DNA from: an uncultured archaeon
GTDB taxonomy: Archaea > Nanohalarchaeota > Nanosalinia > Nanosalinales > Nanosalinaceae
DNA: 43,456 nucleotides
Assembly: GCA_964421955.1 (NCBI GenBank)
Contig: CAYQYU010000009.1
Location: forward strand, 1 to 43,456
Direction of reading: 5' to 3'
Both the position numbers and the translations under genes were made by a program. How positions within the stretch are numbered: position 1 is the stretch's first letter; every line of letters starts with the position of its first letter. Below are positions 27,715 to 36,616 of the stretch, piece by piece. The notes beneath the pieces are model-generated. The model saw only the letters and a program-made list of their open reading frames with translations. It had not been told where the DNA came from and made no database searches.

Positions 27715-28175
27715 GAAAAGTTTTCCAGCACCTTTAAAGCCGCTTTCCGGGCGTTGTCGGGCATCTCCACGTCTTCGTTCTCAAGCTCTTCCTCTGAGAA
27801 CCACTTCATCTCATCCTCATCGTACTCATACTCCTCAGACTCACCGACAATCCTCGCAACGTACAGAAAGTCAACATGCCAGTGACCTTCCTCCACCTGG
27901 TGTATGTTGACGTTGATAGGTCGCGGAAGATTCTTCGCCCAATCATCTTCAAACTCCATGCCTGGCTGGAACTCGTCAACAATCTCCACCTCGAGTCCGG
28001 TCTCTTCTCTCACCTCTCTGATCGCGGCTTCATCAGGAGTCTCCCCTTCCTCTATGTGGCCGCCAGGCTGGAGCCAGATACCGTACTTCCGGTGCTTCAG
28101 GAACAGAACCTCGCCGTCCCTGACTACAAACGCTCCGGCTACAAAATCCCGGTCAGCATCGTCAGGAACTCTCAT
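27711..28175 (-). CDS. NUDIX hydrolase
   Basis: WLQPGGHIEEGETPDEAAIREVREETGL and HWHVDFLY. Confidence 0.92.
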   Translation of the reverse strand: MRVPDDADRDFVAGAFVVRDGEVLFLKHRKYGIWLQPGGHIEEGETPDEAAIREVREETGLEVEIVDEFQPGMEFEDDWAKNLPRPINVNIHQVEEGHWHVDFLYVARIVGESEEYEYDEDEMKWFSEEELENEDVEMPDNARKAALKVLENFS

Positions 28176-28221
28176 ATATTAATTCCGTGATCCTTCTATT
28201 ATATCTCTATTTAAGAAGAGT

Positions 28222-28722
28222 CTAAAAACCGTCTTCCAGCCCCCTAACATATTCGGAAAGATCTATCAGCTCTTCCAATGACTCGTATACTTCCTCATCA
28301 GGATCATATTCTTTGGCTAAAATTCCTCTTGCTCCCTCGTAATCACCCTCCAAACATCTTTCAAGCACATCTTCTGCTACAGAATATCCTGCAGAGCCAA
28401 AATCAACACCGAGATCAGAATTTACGCCTGGAATATCCTCTAACCCTTTGTGCCAAATAGGAAAATCAACACCGTATTCTTCATGCATTTCATTAGCATA
28501 CTCATCTATAGATTCCATAAGCTCAGGATGCTCACGACTTAATTTTTGGAATACGGGGTTAGCCGCCAATTTAGCCGCCATAATCATCTTTGACCCATCT
28601 TCTAAAAAGCCTCCCATGATACCTTTCTTCTTTCCATCATTCAGAAACTTGACAAGCTCTACAAGCTCGCCCTTTAACCGGGCATCTACGAGAGCTCCAA
28701 TACTATCCTTATCCTCCCTCAT
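28222..28722 (-). CDS. Hypothetical protein (AT-rich)
   Basis: Acidic ORF with clearly more AT-rich codons than neighbours; ATG 28722 preferred because the longer start overlaps the pcd gene. Confidence 0.65.
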   Translation of the reverse strand: MREDKDSIGALVDARLKGELVELVKFLNDGKKKGIMGGFLEDGSKMIMAAKLAANPVFQKLSREHPELMESIDEYANEMHEEYGVDFPIWHKGLEDIPGVNSDLGVDFGSAGYSVAEDVLERCLEGDYEGARGILAKEYDPDEEVYESLEELIDLSEYVRGLEDGF

Positions 28723-28765
28723 ACCTGCATAACAGAAAGCAAATTTTTTAATTCTCGGTAGTAAA

Positions 28766-29071
28766 TCAGCTCCAGTCAATATCTGCGACTTTCTGCTCAA
28801 TCCTCTCCGCGAGCTCGAAGTCGCGCGCGGTTACACCGTCAACGTCGTGGCTCCACAGATCGATCTCGACCGCGCCATATTCAACCTTCACCTCAGGGTG
28901 GTGGAACTCTTCCTCTGCAAGCGAGAAAACGGCGTTCGCGAAGAAAACAGCTTCCTTGTAACTGTCGAACTCCACTCGAGTCTTTAGCTTTTCGAACTGA
29001 TAGCCCCAGATCTCCAGGTCTTCCAGTCTTTCCTCAATATCCTCCTCATCAAGCAGTTCTTCTTCCGGCAT
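28766..29071 (-). CDS. Pterin-4-alpha-carbinolamine dehydratase
   Basis: F...A..F.N, AEEEFHHPEV, LWSHDVDGVTARDFELAERIE. Confidence 0.92.
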   Translation of the reverse strand: MPEEELLDEEDIEERLEDLEIWGYQFEKLKTRVEFDSYKEAVFFANAVFSLAEEEFHHPEVKVEYGAVEIDLWSHDVDGVTARDFELAERIEQKVADIDWS

Positions 29072-29157
29072 ATTACTTTACATAGGGATGAAGTATTTTG
29101 AGTTCTTCTGTAAAACACCAGAATATTTTTATATTCACTTCTAGGTTACAACATATT

Positions 29158-29478
29158 ATGGCCCGGCGCACACTATCCGAAAGAATCCTCGAAGGAGAAT
29201 CTGTCCAGGTAGAGGATGTCTTAGGCGAATCCCTAGCGGCTATAACCGTCATGCCGGATACGTCAGGTACAGCTGACGGTTCCTCATACATAGACAGGGA
29301 AGAAGAGAAGGTCTACATCAGCGAAAGCCAGCTCGAAGAGCTCCAGAACCGCCGGGAAAGTACAATTGGAGCAGCCCGGCAAATGTTAAGGGCGATGCTG
29401 GAAGTTCACGGAGGTAAAGGACTACTATACAAAGAGATCCACGACTATGATATAGAGATCTCCAGTTCATATGGATGA
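29158..29478 (+). CDS. Hypothetical protein
   Basis: 106-aa acidic ORF upstream of mcm; ATG at 29158 follows an AT-rich TATA-like tract. Confidence 0.6.
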   Translation: MARRTLSERILEGESVQVEDVLGESLAAITVMPDTSGTADGSSYIDREEEKVYISESQLEELQNRRESTIGAARQMLRAMLEVHGGKGLLYKEIHDYDIEISSSYG

Positions 29479-29533
29479 AGGGAATACGCTGCCTGTTAGG
29501 TTTTTCACTTTTTCCCGACAAGAATATCATGCT

Positions 29534-31525
29534 ATGCAGTACGGGGAGGCGGTGAGGGAGTTTGAAGAATTCTTCTCACAGGAGCTATACAAAGACGTCG
29601 CGGAGGCCGTCCAAGAGGGTGAGCACTCCGTGGTCGTCGATTTCCAGGACCTGGATATCTTCAATCCCGAGCTGTCGGACTACCTGACCGAGGAACCCCG
29701 CAGCGCTATCGATGCCGCGGAAGAGGGAGTCCTCGGGGTCGATATTGTCTCGGACGAGGAGTTCCATGTCCGGTTCACCAATATGCCAGAGGAAGACTTC
29801 ATCAAGATCAAGAACCTCCGCTCCGACCACATAGGAAAATTCATACCTATCGAGGGAATGATCAAGCGCGCATCACAGGTGAAGCCCGAGGTAGTCTCAG
29901 CGATTTTTGAATGCACACAGTGCGGCGACCAGTACGAGAAGGAGCAGGACTCGTCAAAGCTGAAGAGCCCGTACAAGTGCGACTGTGGATCCCGGAAGTT
30001 CGAGGTCGAGGAAAAAGTCATGACCGACACGCAGAACATTGTACTTGAGGAGAATCCTGAATCGAGAGAAGGTTCCGAGCAGCCCGCAACCATTAACGTG
30101 CGTCTCGAAGGCGACCTGGTTGACCCCGACTTCCAGAAGAAGGTCGTGCCCGGAAACATCGCCCACATAACAGGGGTGCTTAAAGAGACTCCTTTCCAGA
30201 AGAATTCGAAGAAATACGACATCTACATGAACGCCAACTTCCTCGAACCGACAGAACAAGAGTTCGAGGAGCTCGAACTGACCGACGAAGAGATCGACGA
30301 GATTGAGGAGCTTGGTAACGAGGAGGACATATTCGACAAGATCACCCGTTCTATCGCGCCGTCCATCTACGGCCACCACCAGATCAAGAAAGCAATCGCG
30401 CTCCAGCTATTCGGCGGCGTCAGGAAGACCCGGGAGGACGGTGTCAAGTCCCGCGGAGACATACACATACTGATGATCGGTGAGCCAGGAACCGGTAAGT
30501 CACAGCTCCTGAAGTTCACCGGAGAGCTCGCGCCAAAAGGAAGATACGTGGTCGGAAAGTCTTCAACAGGCGCAGGTCTCACAGCCGCCGCAGTTAGAAA
30601 CGAGCAGACGGGAGAGTTCGAGCTGGAGGCAGGAGCAATCGTCCTCGCGAACAAGGGTCTGGCCGCGGTCGACGAGATCGACAAGATGGGATCCGAGGAC
30701 CGCTCATCCTTACACGAAGCGATGGAACAGCAGCAGATATCGGTAGCGAAGGCAAACATCCAGGCCACGCTGAATGCGCAGACCTCTATACTTGCCGCAG
30801 GTAACCCCAAGCTCGGCCGATTCGATCCCTATGAACCTATTGCCCAGCAGATCGACCTTGGAGACACGCTGCTCTCCCGGTTCGACCTGATCTTCCCGGT
30901 TAAGGACGAGCCCGACCAGGAGAAGGATGAGAAGCTATCAAAGCAGGTGATCCAGAACCATATCGATCCCGAGGAAACAAACGCCGAGCTGGGACAGGAA
31001 ATGATGAGGAAATACGTTGCGTACGCCAAGAGAATCCGGCCGGAACTTACGCAGGAAGCCGCCGACAAGATACAGGAATTCTACGTCAACATGCGAGAGG
31101 GGGGCGGGACCGAGGAGGGTGAATCAGTACCTATCACAGCCCGACAGCTGGAGGCACTCATCAGGGTCGCGGAGGCCTCGGCCCGTGCAGAGCTAAGAGA
31201 GGATGTCGTGGAAAAGGACGCACAGAGAGCGATCGACATCCTGACCTACTACCTGAAGCAGGTCGGGGTTGACCCGGAGACAGGCGACTACGACATCGAC
31301 ATGATCGAGTCCGGGGTATCGGGAAGCCAGCGCAACCGTTTACAGACCGTGAAACAGATCATCAGGAGCGCAGGCGGAGACGATGACCCTGTAGAGGTAG
31401 AAAAGATAATTGAAACCGCCGAAGAACAGGGCCTGGAAAAAGATAAAGCGGAGGAGATCATCAACCGGCTGAAGCGGGAGGGCGATCTCTGGGAGCCGCA
31501 ACCCGGCCACATCCAGCAGGTATAG
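29534..31525 (+). CDS. mcm: MCM replicative helicase
   Basis: Zn finger CTQC...CDCG, Walker A GEPGTGKS, VDEIDKM, HEAMEQQ, LLSRFDL, ITARQLE, C-terminal wH; no intein; ATG 29534 preferred. Confidence 0.98.
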   Translation: MQYGEAVREFEEFFSQELYKDVAEAVQEGEHSVVVDFQDLDIFNPELSDYLTEEPRSAIDAAEEGVLGVDIVSDEEFHVRFTNMPEEDFIKIKNLRSDHIGKFIPIEGMIKRASQVKPEVVSAIFECTQCGDQYEKEQDSSKLKSPYKCDCGSRKFEVEEKVMTDTQNIVLEENPESREGSEQPATINVRLEGDLVDPDFQKKVVPGNIAHITGVLKETPFQKNSKKYDIYMNANFLEPTEQEFEELELTDEEIDEIEELGNEEDIFDKITRSIAPSIYGHHQIKKAIALQLFGGVRKTREDGVKSRGDIHILMIGEPGTGKSQLLKFTGELAPKGRYVVGKSSTGAGLTAAAVRNEQTGEFELEAGAIVLANKGLAAVDEIDKMGSEDRSSLHEAMEQQQISVAKANIQATLNAQTSILAAGNPKLGRFDPYEPIAQQIDLGDTLLSRFDLIFPVKDEPDQEKDEKLSKQVIQNHIDPEETNAELGQEMMRKYVAYAKRIRPELTQEAADKIQEFYVNMREGGGTEEGESVPITARQLEALIRVAEASARAELREDVVEKDAQRAIDILTYYLKQVGVDPETGDYDIDMIESGVSGSQRNRLQTVKQIIRSAGGDDDPVEVEKIIETAEEQGLEKDKAEEIINRLKREGDLWEPQPGHIQQV

Positions 31526-31531
31526 CGAAAA

Positions 31532-32080
31532 ATGTTCCTTGAAGATCCACTCGAAGTCAGCGAACTCCAGACAAGACGTGAAATAGGTCTTCCTCCACGT
31601 ATCTACTATTTTTTCGGGGAGGAGGAACTCCACGGAGCTATTGGCCTGGATAGGAAAGAATACGTGATCATTCCCAGAAGTGTCGAGGAGATAAAGTCCA
31701 GCCTGGAGGGCAGATCAGGGACCGCCGAACTAGAACATCTAGGCCCCGAGGAACCAGAGTTAATGCGAGAAGAGTTCGGGGACGGCACTCAATACAGAGA
31801 CGGAAGCAATTTTCTTGAAGAACAGCTTGAACAGTTCAACACGACCAGCTCGTGCAGGATCATGAGCCGGGATGAAGAAAGCTACTTCCTCCAGGCCACC
31901 GACACAGCCAACTACGAAACCAGGTATCTACATAACCGTATTCCCTTTAGATGGCCGAACCACCTGTTCATGGAGGTGGAACTGGAAGGAGAACGTGAGG
32001 CAAGAATTAACGCCAAGTATATGCCTATGGGCAAAATCCGGGCGGAACAATATACAAAAGATTTGACTCAAACGAGGTAA
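31532..32080 (+). CDS. Hypothetical protein between mcm and the RPA32-like gene
   Basis: 182-aa ORF separated by 6 and 4 nt from its neighbours; no family recognised. Confidence 0.7.
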   Translation: MFLEDPLEVSELQTRREIGLPPRIYYFFGEEELHGAIGLDRKEYVIIPRSVEEIKSSLEGRSGTAELEHLGPEEPELMREEFGDGTQYRDGSNFLEEQLEQFNTTSSCRIMSRDEESYFLQATDTANYETRYLHNRIPFRWPNHLFMEVELEGEREARINAKYMPMGKIRAEQYTKDLTQTR

Positions 32081-32084
32081 TATT

Positions 32085-32828
32085 ATGCCACAGCAGAAAA
32101 GACAGACAGCGAAACTCGCGACCGCAGAAGAACTCAACTCGGGCAAGTACTTCCAGAAGGAGGGATTCACGCCCAACTATCTCCTAACTCCAGGAGGTAA
32201 ACGTTTTTCACGCGCCCGCGTGGTCGCGACAGTTGTCGACTCGTTCCAGAACGAGGATGAAACATACGGATCGATAACACTCGACGACGGAACGGACACT
32301 GTCCAGATCAAGTTCTTCAACGACCTCGAACCCATGGAAGGCTTTGAAGAAGGTGACATAGTAGAGGCGGTCGGGAAGGTAAGGGAATACCAGGGCCAGA
32401 TCTACATGAACGCCGAAATCCTGATCAAGCGAGATGTCGAGCACGAGCTGCTCCACGAACTCCGGCACAGGAAAACAGAAGAAGAATGGCAGCAGTTGAA
32501 AGATACTGTTAAACAGCTCAAGGAGTCAGGAAAAAGTCAGGACGACATCGAGAAAGAGATGAGCGGCAAGCTGGAAGAGGATGAAGTCGACGCTCTTCTA
32601 CAGTCATTCGGCGAACAGTTCGAAACCGAACGCGAGGAAGAGCGCGAGAACCTCGAAAGAAAAGTAGTCGAAGCAGTCGAAACCATCGACGAAGGTGACG
32701 GTGCGGACTACGGAGACATAGCGGACGAAGTCGATGCCGGCGAAGACCAGCTCGAAGACACCATCAACACCCTACTCAGCGAAGGAACATTCTACGAGCC
32801 GCAACCAGGGAAAATCAAGAAGCTGTGA
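32085..32828 (+). CDS. Replication protein A subunit (RPA32-like, OB fold + wH)
   Basis: RARVVATVV, TLDDGTDTV, GKVREYQG OB fold; C-terminal LLSEGTFYEPQPGKIK winged helix. Confidence 0.85.
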   Translation: MPQQKRQTAKLATAEELNSGKYFQKEGFTPNYLLTPGGKRFSRARVVATVVDSFQNEDETYGSITLDDGTDTVQIKFFNDLEPMEGFEEGDIVEAVGKVREYQGQIYMNAEILIKRDVEHELLHELRHRKTEEEWQQLKDTVKQLKESGKSQDDIEKEMSGKLEEDEVDALLQSFGEQFETEREEERENLERKVVEAVETIDEGDGADYGDIADEVDAGEDQLEDTINTLLSEGTFYEPQPGKIKKL

Positions 32829-32832
32829 TAAG

Positions 32833-33165
32833 ATGGCATACAGAGCTAAGAGGAGATTTACTGACCCTGATGAGGCGATTGAGATATTAAGAGAGCTTCC
32901 AGAGAATGGCTCCTACAGAGTAAATGGATCATTCTATCATAGAGAACCTAGCGTACTATTCTCCAAGCACAGTATTGAGGAAGCCGTTAGGGAAACATAC
33001 CATCTCGCGACTAATCTCAGCGTTTCCATAAACTATGATAGAGGAATTATCAACATTAGAGGCAACATAGGGCCTTTTCCGACTAGCAGCATGAAGGGGC
33101 AGTTTGAAAGACCTAGCTGGGAAGAATTTAGAGAATTCCTGGAAAAGACAGGAGAATGGAGATAA
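32833..33165 (+). CDS. Hypothetical protein (AT-rich)
   Basis: 110-aa ORF starting 4 nt after the RPA stop; AT-rich codon usage. Confidence 0.65.
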   Translation: MAYRAKRRFTDPDEAIEILRELPENGSYRVNGSFYHREPSVLFSKHSIEEAVRETYHLATNLSVSINYDRGIINIRGNIGPFPTSSMKGQFERPSWEEFREFLEKTGEWR

Positions 33166-33207
33166 TCATCCAATCTAGTTAAGAAACTTCGTGCCTAACG
33201 ATCTTGC

Positions 33208-33606
33208 ATGACTGATTACGATGAACTCCTTGAGAAGGGTATGGAGGAGGTTCCGGACGTGCAGGATTCTGGAGAGCGTTTCGAGGTTCCTGTGGCAGAC
33301 ACCAAAAAGTCGGGATCGAAAACTGTTATCACCAACTTCGGCGAGATCGCGGATAAATTTGGCCGGGACAGGAAGCATGTTTCGAAGTACATCCAGAACG
33401 AGCTGGGTACCGCTGGCCACGTTGAAAACGACGAGCTGGTGCTGAACGGCGAGTTTCGCAGAGGCAACGTCCAGGCAAAGGTCCAGCAGTACGCGGACGA
33501 TTACGTTTTCTGCCCGAAATGTGAGCGTCCGGACACGAACATTGTGAAGGAGAAAGGCGTCGAGATACTCAAATGCCAGGCCTGCGGCGCCCGGACACCG
33601 CTTTAA
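33208..33606 (+). CDS. eif2b: Translation initiation factor aIF2 beta
   Basis: ERFEVP, KTVITNF, ELGTAG, CPKCERPDT and CQACGA Zn ribbon. Confidence 0.96.
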   Translation: MTDYDELLEKGMEEVPDVQDSGERFEVPVADTKKSGSKTVITNFGEIADKFGRDRKHVSKYIQNELGTAGHVENDELVLNGEFRRGNVQAKVQQYADDYVFCPKCERPDTNIVKEKGVEILKCQACGARTPL

Positions 33607-33711
33607 GCTTTCTACGCCGTTTTCCGGGTTTGCAAGCACCTCATTGTAGCCGTTTTACTGGAAGTATGTTGATATGGACTCAGCAATAGCCCCTATTGTG
33701 AGTGGTGCCAG

Positions 33712-34269
33712 ATGGCAGAGGTATTCCTTGCGAACGGCGATCTGTGGTACATCAGAGACTATCCCGACAGCGAGTTCGAGAAGACAGTAGGACACCAGGA
33801 CCTCTCAAATCTTAAACTGCCGGAGAAACAGGCGCAGAGAATTATGGAGACCTCCGACACGGACTTCCCTTACATCGGCGGGCTGGGAGAACTCGCGCTC
33901 TCCGAGTCTTTGCTCGAGGGATCGGTCATCTCCCGGGACCGGATAGTTACACAGGCCAACAGCTCCTGGCTCTCCGGGGGCGAAAAACAGCGCCTCGGGA
34001 AGGTATATGTCTCCGACTTCAGGAAAATTTTTGGAGAGAAATACCGTAAAAGATACGATCATGTCAACCTGGCGCTGGTTGACAGAGAATCGGGAATATT
34101 CGCAGAGTCCGAGAGAAAACCACGGAAACTCTACGACTCCAGCACCGATCTGCTCGTGGCGGCGAGCGCAGGCGACCTCGACGAGTCCTACGACAGGATG
34201 AGAAAGGTACGCTACGATGCCGCCACCGATATCCGGAGAATCGCGGATAAGGTGCTTGAAAGGGGCTGA
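33712..34269 (+). CDS. Hypothetical protein
   Basis: 185-aa ORF with a GGTG SD and genome-typical codon usage. Confidence 0.7.
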   Translation: MAEVFLANGDLWYIRDYPDSEFEKTVGHQDLSNLKLPEKQAQRIMETSDTDFPYIGGLGELALSESLLEGSVISRDRIVTQANSSWLSGGEKQRLGKVYVSDFRKIFGEKYRKRYDHVNLALVDRESGIFAESERKPRKLYDSSTDLLVAASAGDLDESYDRMRKVRYDAATDIRRIADKVLERG

Positions 34270-34387
34270 GAAACAGGAGTTCAAACCCCAGAAAGCCACA
34301 CCTTTTAAAGGTTACTATTTAAGGCAAGCATAGGTGTAGAGATGGCAGGCTGATTACCTGTTCCATCATCTATTCAGGTGTACAACA

Positions 34388-34618
34388 ATGGCAGATGAAA
34401 TGAATTCTCAGCAAATGATCCAGATGTTCCAGCAAAAGCTCGGCAACCTAGAACTAACTGTCCACGCTCTTCTCTCAGTCCTCGAGGAAGAAGACATGAT
34501 CGACCAGGACACAATCAACGAGAAGGCGCAGGAGATTGTCGAAGAGATGCAGGCACAGCAGCAGGCAGCTGGAGCACCAGAAGACCTTGCTGAAGAGCTA
34601 GAAGACGACGAGGAGTAA
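34388..34618 (+). CDS. Small acidic helical hypothetical protein
   Basis: 76 aa, Q/E rich, SD AGGTG upstream, hairpin downstream. Confidence 0.75.
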   Translation: MADEMNSQQMIQMFQQKLGNLELTVHALLSVLEEEDMIDQDTINEKAQEIVEEMQAQQQAAGAPEDLAEELEDDEE

Positions 34619-34620
34619 AA

Positions 34621-34637
34621 CCCGAAGTCAATTCGGG
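34621..34637. terminator. Hairpin between convergent genes
   Basis: CCCGAA-GTCAA-TTCGGG with A/T runs nearby, between two convergent stops. Confidence 0.45.
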
Positions 34638-34657
34638 CTCCTGTACGTATTTTTCTT

Positions 34658-35302
34658 TCAACTATACCGTTCACATAACTCACAGTCGCAGTCATTCTTC
34701 CTGGCCTTGCATTCTTCACGGCCATGTGTAATCAGCAGGATGTGGAAAGGATACTTTATCTCGTCCGGCACCTTCTCCTCCATGACTTCATGAGCCCTCT
34801 CACGAGAGGCGTTCTCAGGGACTAGCTTGTAGCGTTTCGCGAGGCGGTGAACATGGGTGTCAACTGGAAAGACCGGCACCCTGAAATGGAAGCAGAGAAT
34901 CACCGCCGCTGTTTTAGGACCAATACCCGGTATCTCGGTCAGCCATTCCTTTGCCTCCTCAACACTCTTACCGCCGAGAAACTCGATGCTGTAATCCCCC
35001 GATTCCTGCCTTATAATCCTGAGAGCCTCCTGTATGCGCTCCGCCTTCGTCGGGCCGAGGCCCGCAATCCTTATCGTCTCGATCAACTCGTCGATATCAG
35101 AATTTTCAATCTCGGCATAATCGTCGCCGTAACGTTCTTTCAGCTTCCTGAAGGCTTTGTCACGGTTGACATCGTTAGTGTTCTGTGAAAGAATGGTCTC
35201 GATCACCCAGTCAACGCCGCTCATCTCATCAGGCTCCTCCGGTTCACCATACCGGTCGAGCAGCCACTGGTATATCTCCCGGATCTTCTGCTCCTCACTC
35301 AT
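34658..35302 (-). CDS. nth: Endonuclease III (HhH-GPD glycosylase)
   Basis: ILSQNTND, HhH IPGIGPKTA with catalytic Lys, FPVDTHV, C-terminal Cys cluster. Confidence 0.92.
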   Translation of the reverse strand: MSEEQKIREIYQWLLDRYGEPEEPDEMSGVDWVIETILSQNTNDVNRDKAFRKLKERYGDDYAEIENSDIDELIETIRIAGLGPTKAERIQEALRIIRQESGDYSIEFLGGKSVEEAKEWLTEIPGIGPKTAAVILCFHFRVPVFPVDTHVHRLAKRYKLVPENASRERAHEVMEEKVPDEIKYPFHILLITHGREECKARKNDCDCELCERYS

Positions 35303-36165
35303 CTTCTACCGACCATCCTGAAACCATAAAATACCTCCGGCCCGGACTTGTTGGGGTCGAAACCTCCTAGATGTTTTCCAGGAAGCTGCTTGCAAAGATC
35401 TTTCTGGCCGAGCAGATAGATATTTTCCCTTTCTTTAAGCGCCTCTTCAACCTGCTCCAGGTGCTGCTGCACCTGCTCCTCACGCTTCCTTTCAAACCTG
35501 TCCTGGGAGAACCCTCCCTTCGAGTGCTTTCTGTCGACACGGGACTTCAAGGTCTCAACCTCGCTATACTCTCCCGACTTTTCAGTAAAGATCCGGGTCT
35601 CGCCCGCCGACACGAGAGCCCAGGTCTTCTTCGACTCGATGAAACTGAGAAGAGTCCGGGTCGAAAAACCGTTGGAAAGCTCCCAGTTCGCATCGAAAAA
35701 CGGCCGCGTCTTGAGCACTAGCTCGAAAACATCCGGGTCAAGGAAAGCGACAAAAGATTCATGCCGCTGGAGAAGCTCGATCTGCTGCCTATTTGCAGTA
35801 TTCTTCAGCCCCTTCAGGTCCTCTACTTCATGTACCTCTTTCGGGGAAAAAACCGTCACCATGTCCTCCTCCGGAGACTCGACCGTTTCAAGCTTCTGGA
35901 GCAGCCGGTAGGCCGATTCAAAATCTATTTCCTCCAGATTCCCAGGCTCTTCCACGTCATCCTCCTCTTCGTCGGCCTGAATACCGTGTATTCTATCCTC
36001 CAGCCTGTTGATCTTTTCTTCGGCCTCCTGTTTCTTGCGGGAGAGTTCGGAGCGTCGCTTTTTCTCGGCCTTGAAACGGTTCTCCAGCCGCTCCTTTTCC
36101 TCCTTCAGCGATTCCAGCTTCTGTTTCAGCTCCTCTTCCTCCTGGTTCGACCACGGAAGCCTCAT
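35299..36165 (-). CDS. Vms1/ANKZF1-like (VLRF1) release-factor-fold protein
   Basis: Coiled-coil N-terminus and KHSKGGFSQDRFERKR catalytic-loop signature of the VLRF1 clade. Confidence 0.85.
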   Translation of the reverse strand: MRLPWSNQEEEELKQKLESLKEEKERLENRFKAEKKRRSELSRKKQEAEEKINRLEDRIHGIQADEEEDDVEEPGNLEEIDFESAYRLLQKLETVESPEEDMVTVFSPKEVHEVEDLKGLKNTANRQQIELLQRHESFVAFLDPDVFELVLKTRPFFDANWELSNGFSTRTLLSFIESKKTWALVSAGETRIFTEKSGEYSEVETLKSRVDRKHSKGGFSQDRFERKREEQVQQHLEQVEEALKERENIYLLGQKDLCKQLPGKHLGGFDPNKSGPEVFYGFRMVGRR

Positions 36166-36259
36166 GTGGAAAGCTGGGTAGCCCAGAGTTTTAACCGTCG
36201 CGTCGAAAATCGGAAAGTCTTTTAAAACTGGTAGAGCTATTCTGGATCAGTGGATATTG

Positions 36260-36559
36260 ATGGCTGAGAAAACAGTTGAGGAACTTGATCCTGCAGACGA
36301 CGATATTGAAATCACCGGAACAATCGCGGAGCTTCCGACACCTCGCGCGGTATCGACCCAGTACGGTCAGAAGAAGATAGTGACCTGCGTCTTCGAGGAC
36401 GATACCGGAAGCATCGACCTGACCCTGTGGGAGGAAGAGATCGAGGCCGTCGAGGAAGGCGACGAGGTCCACATCACCGGCGCTTACGTCCGGGAATGGG
36501 CCGACGACATCCAGCTAAACATCGGCCGTGACGGAAACATCAAAGTAGTGGAAGAGTAA
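36260..36559 (+). CDS. ssb: Single OB-fold single-stranded DNA-binding protein
   Basis: EDDTGSIDLTLW, GDEVHITGAYVREW, QLNIGRDG. Confidence 0.9.
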   Translation: MAEKTVEELDPADDDIEITGTIAELPTPRAVSTQYGQKKIVTCVFEDDTGSIDLTLWEEEIEAVEEGDEVHITGAYVREWADDIQLNIGRDGNIKVVEE

Positions 36560-36616
36560 AAGCCGTCGGCTTTCTACAACTATTTTAACTTTGCCTAGAG
36601 CTTTTTCTACCCAGGG

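Noticed and set aside
34337-34372. Fluoride riboswitch suggested by GAGATGG...GCTGAT
   Set aside because: Too short, lacks the pseudoknot pairings, and the downstream gene is not a fluoride-related gene.
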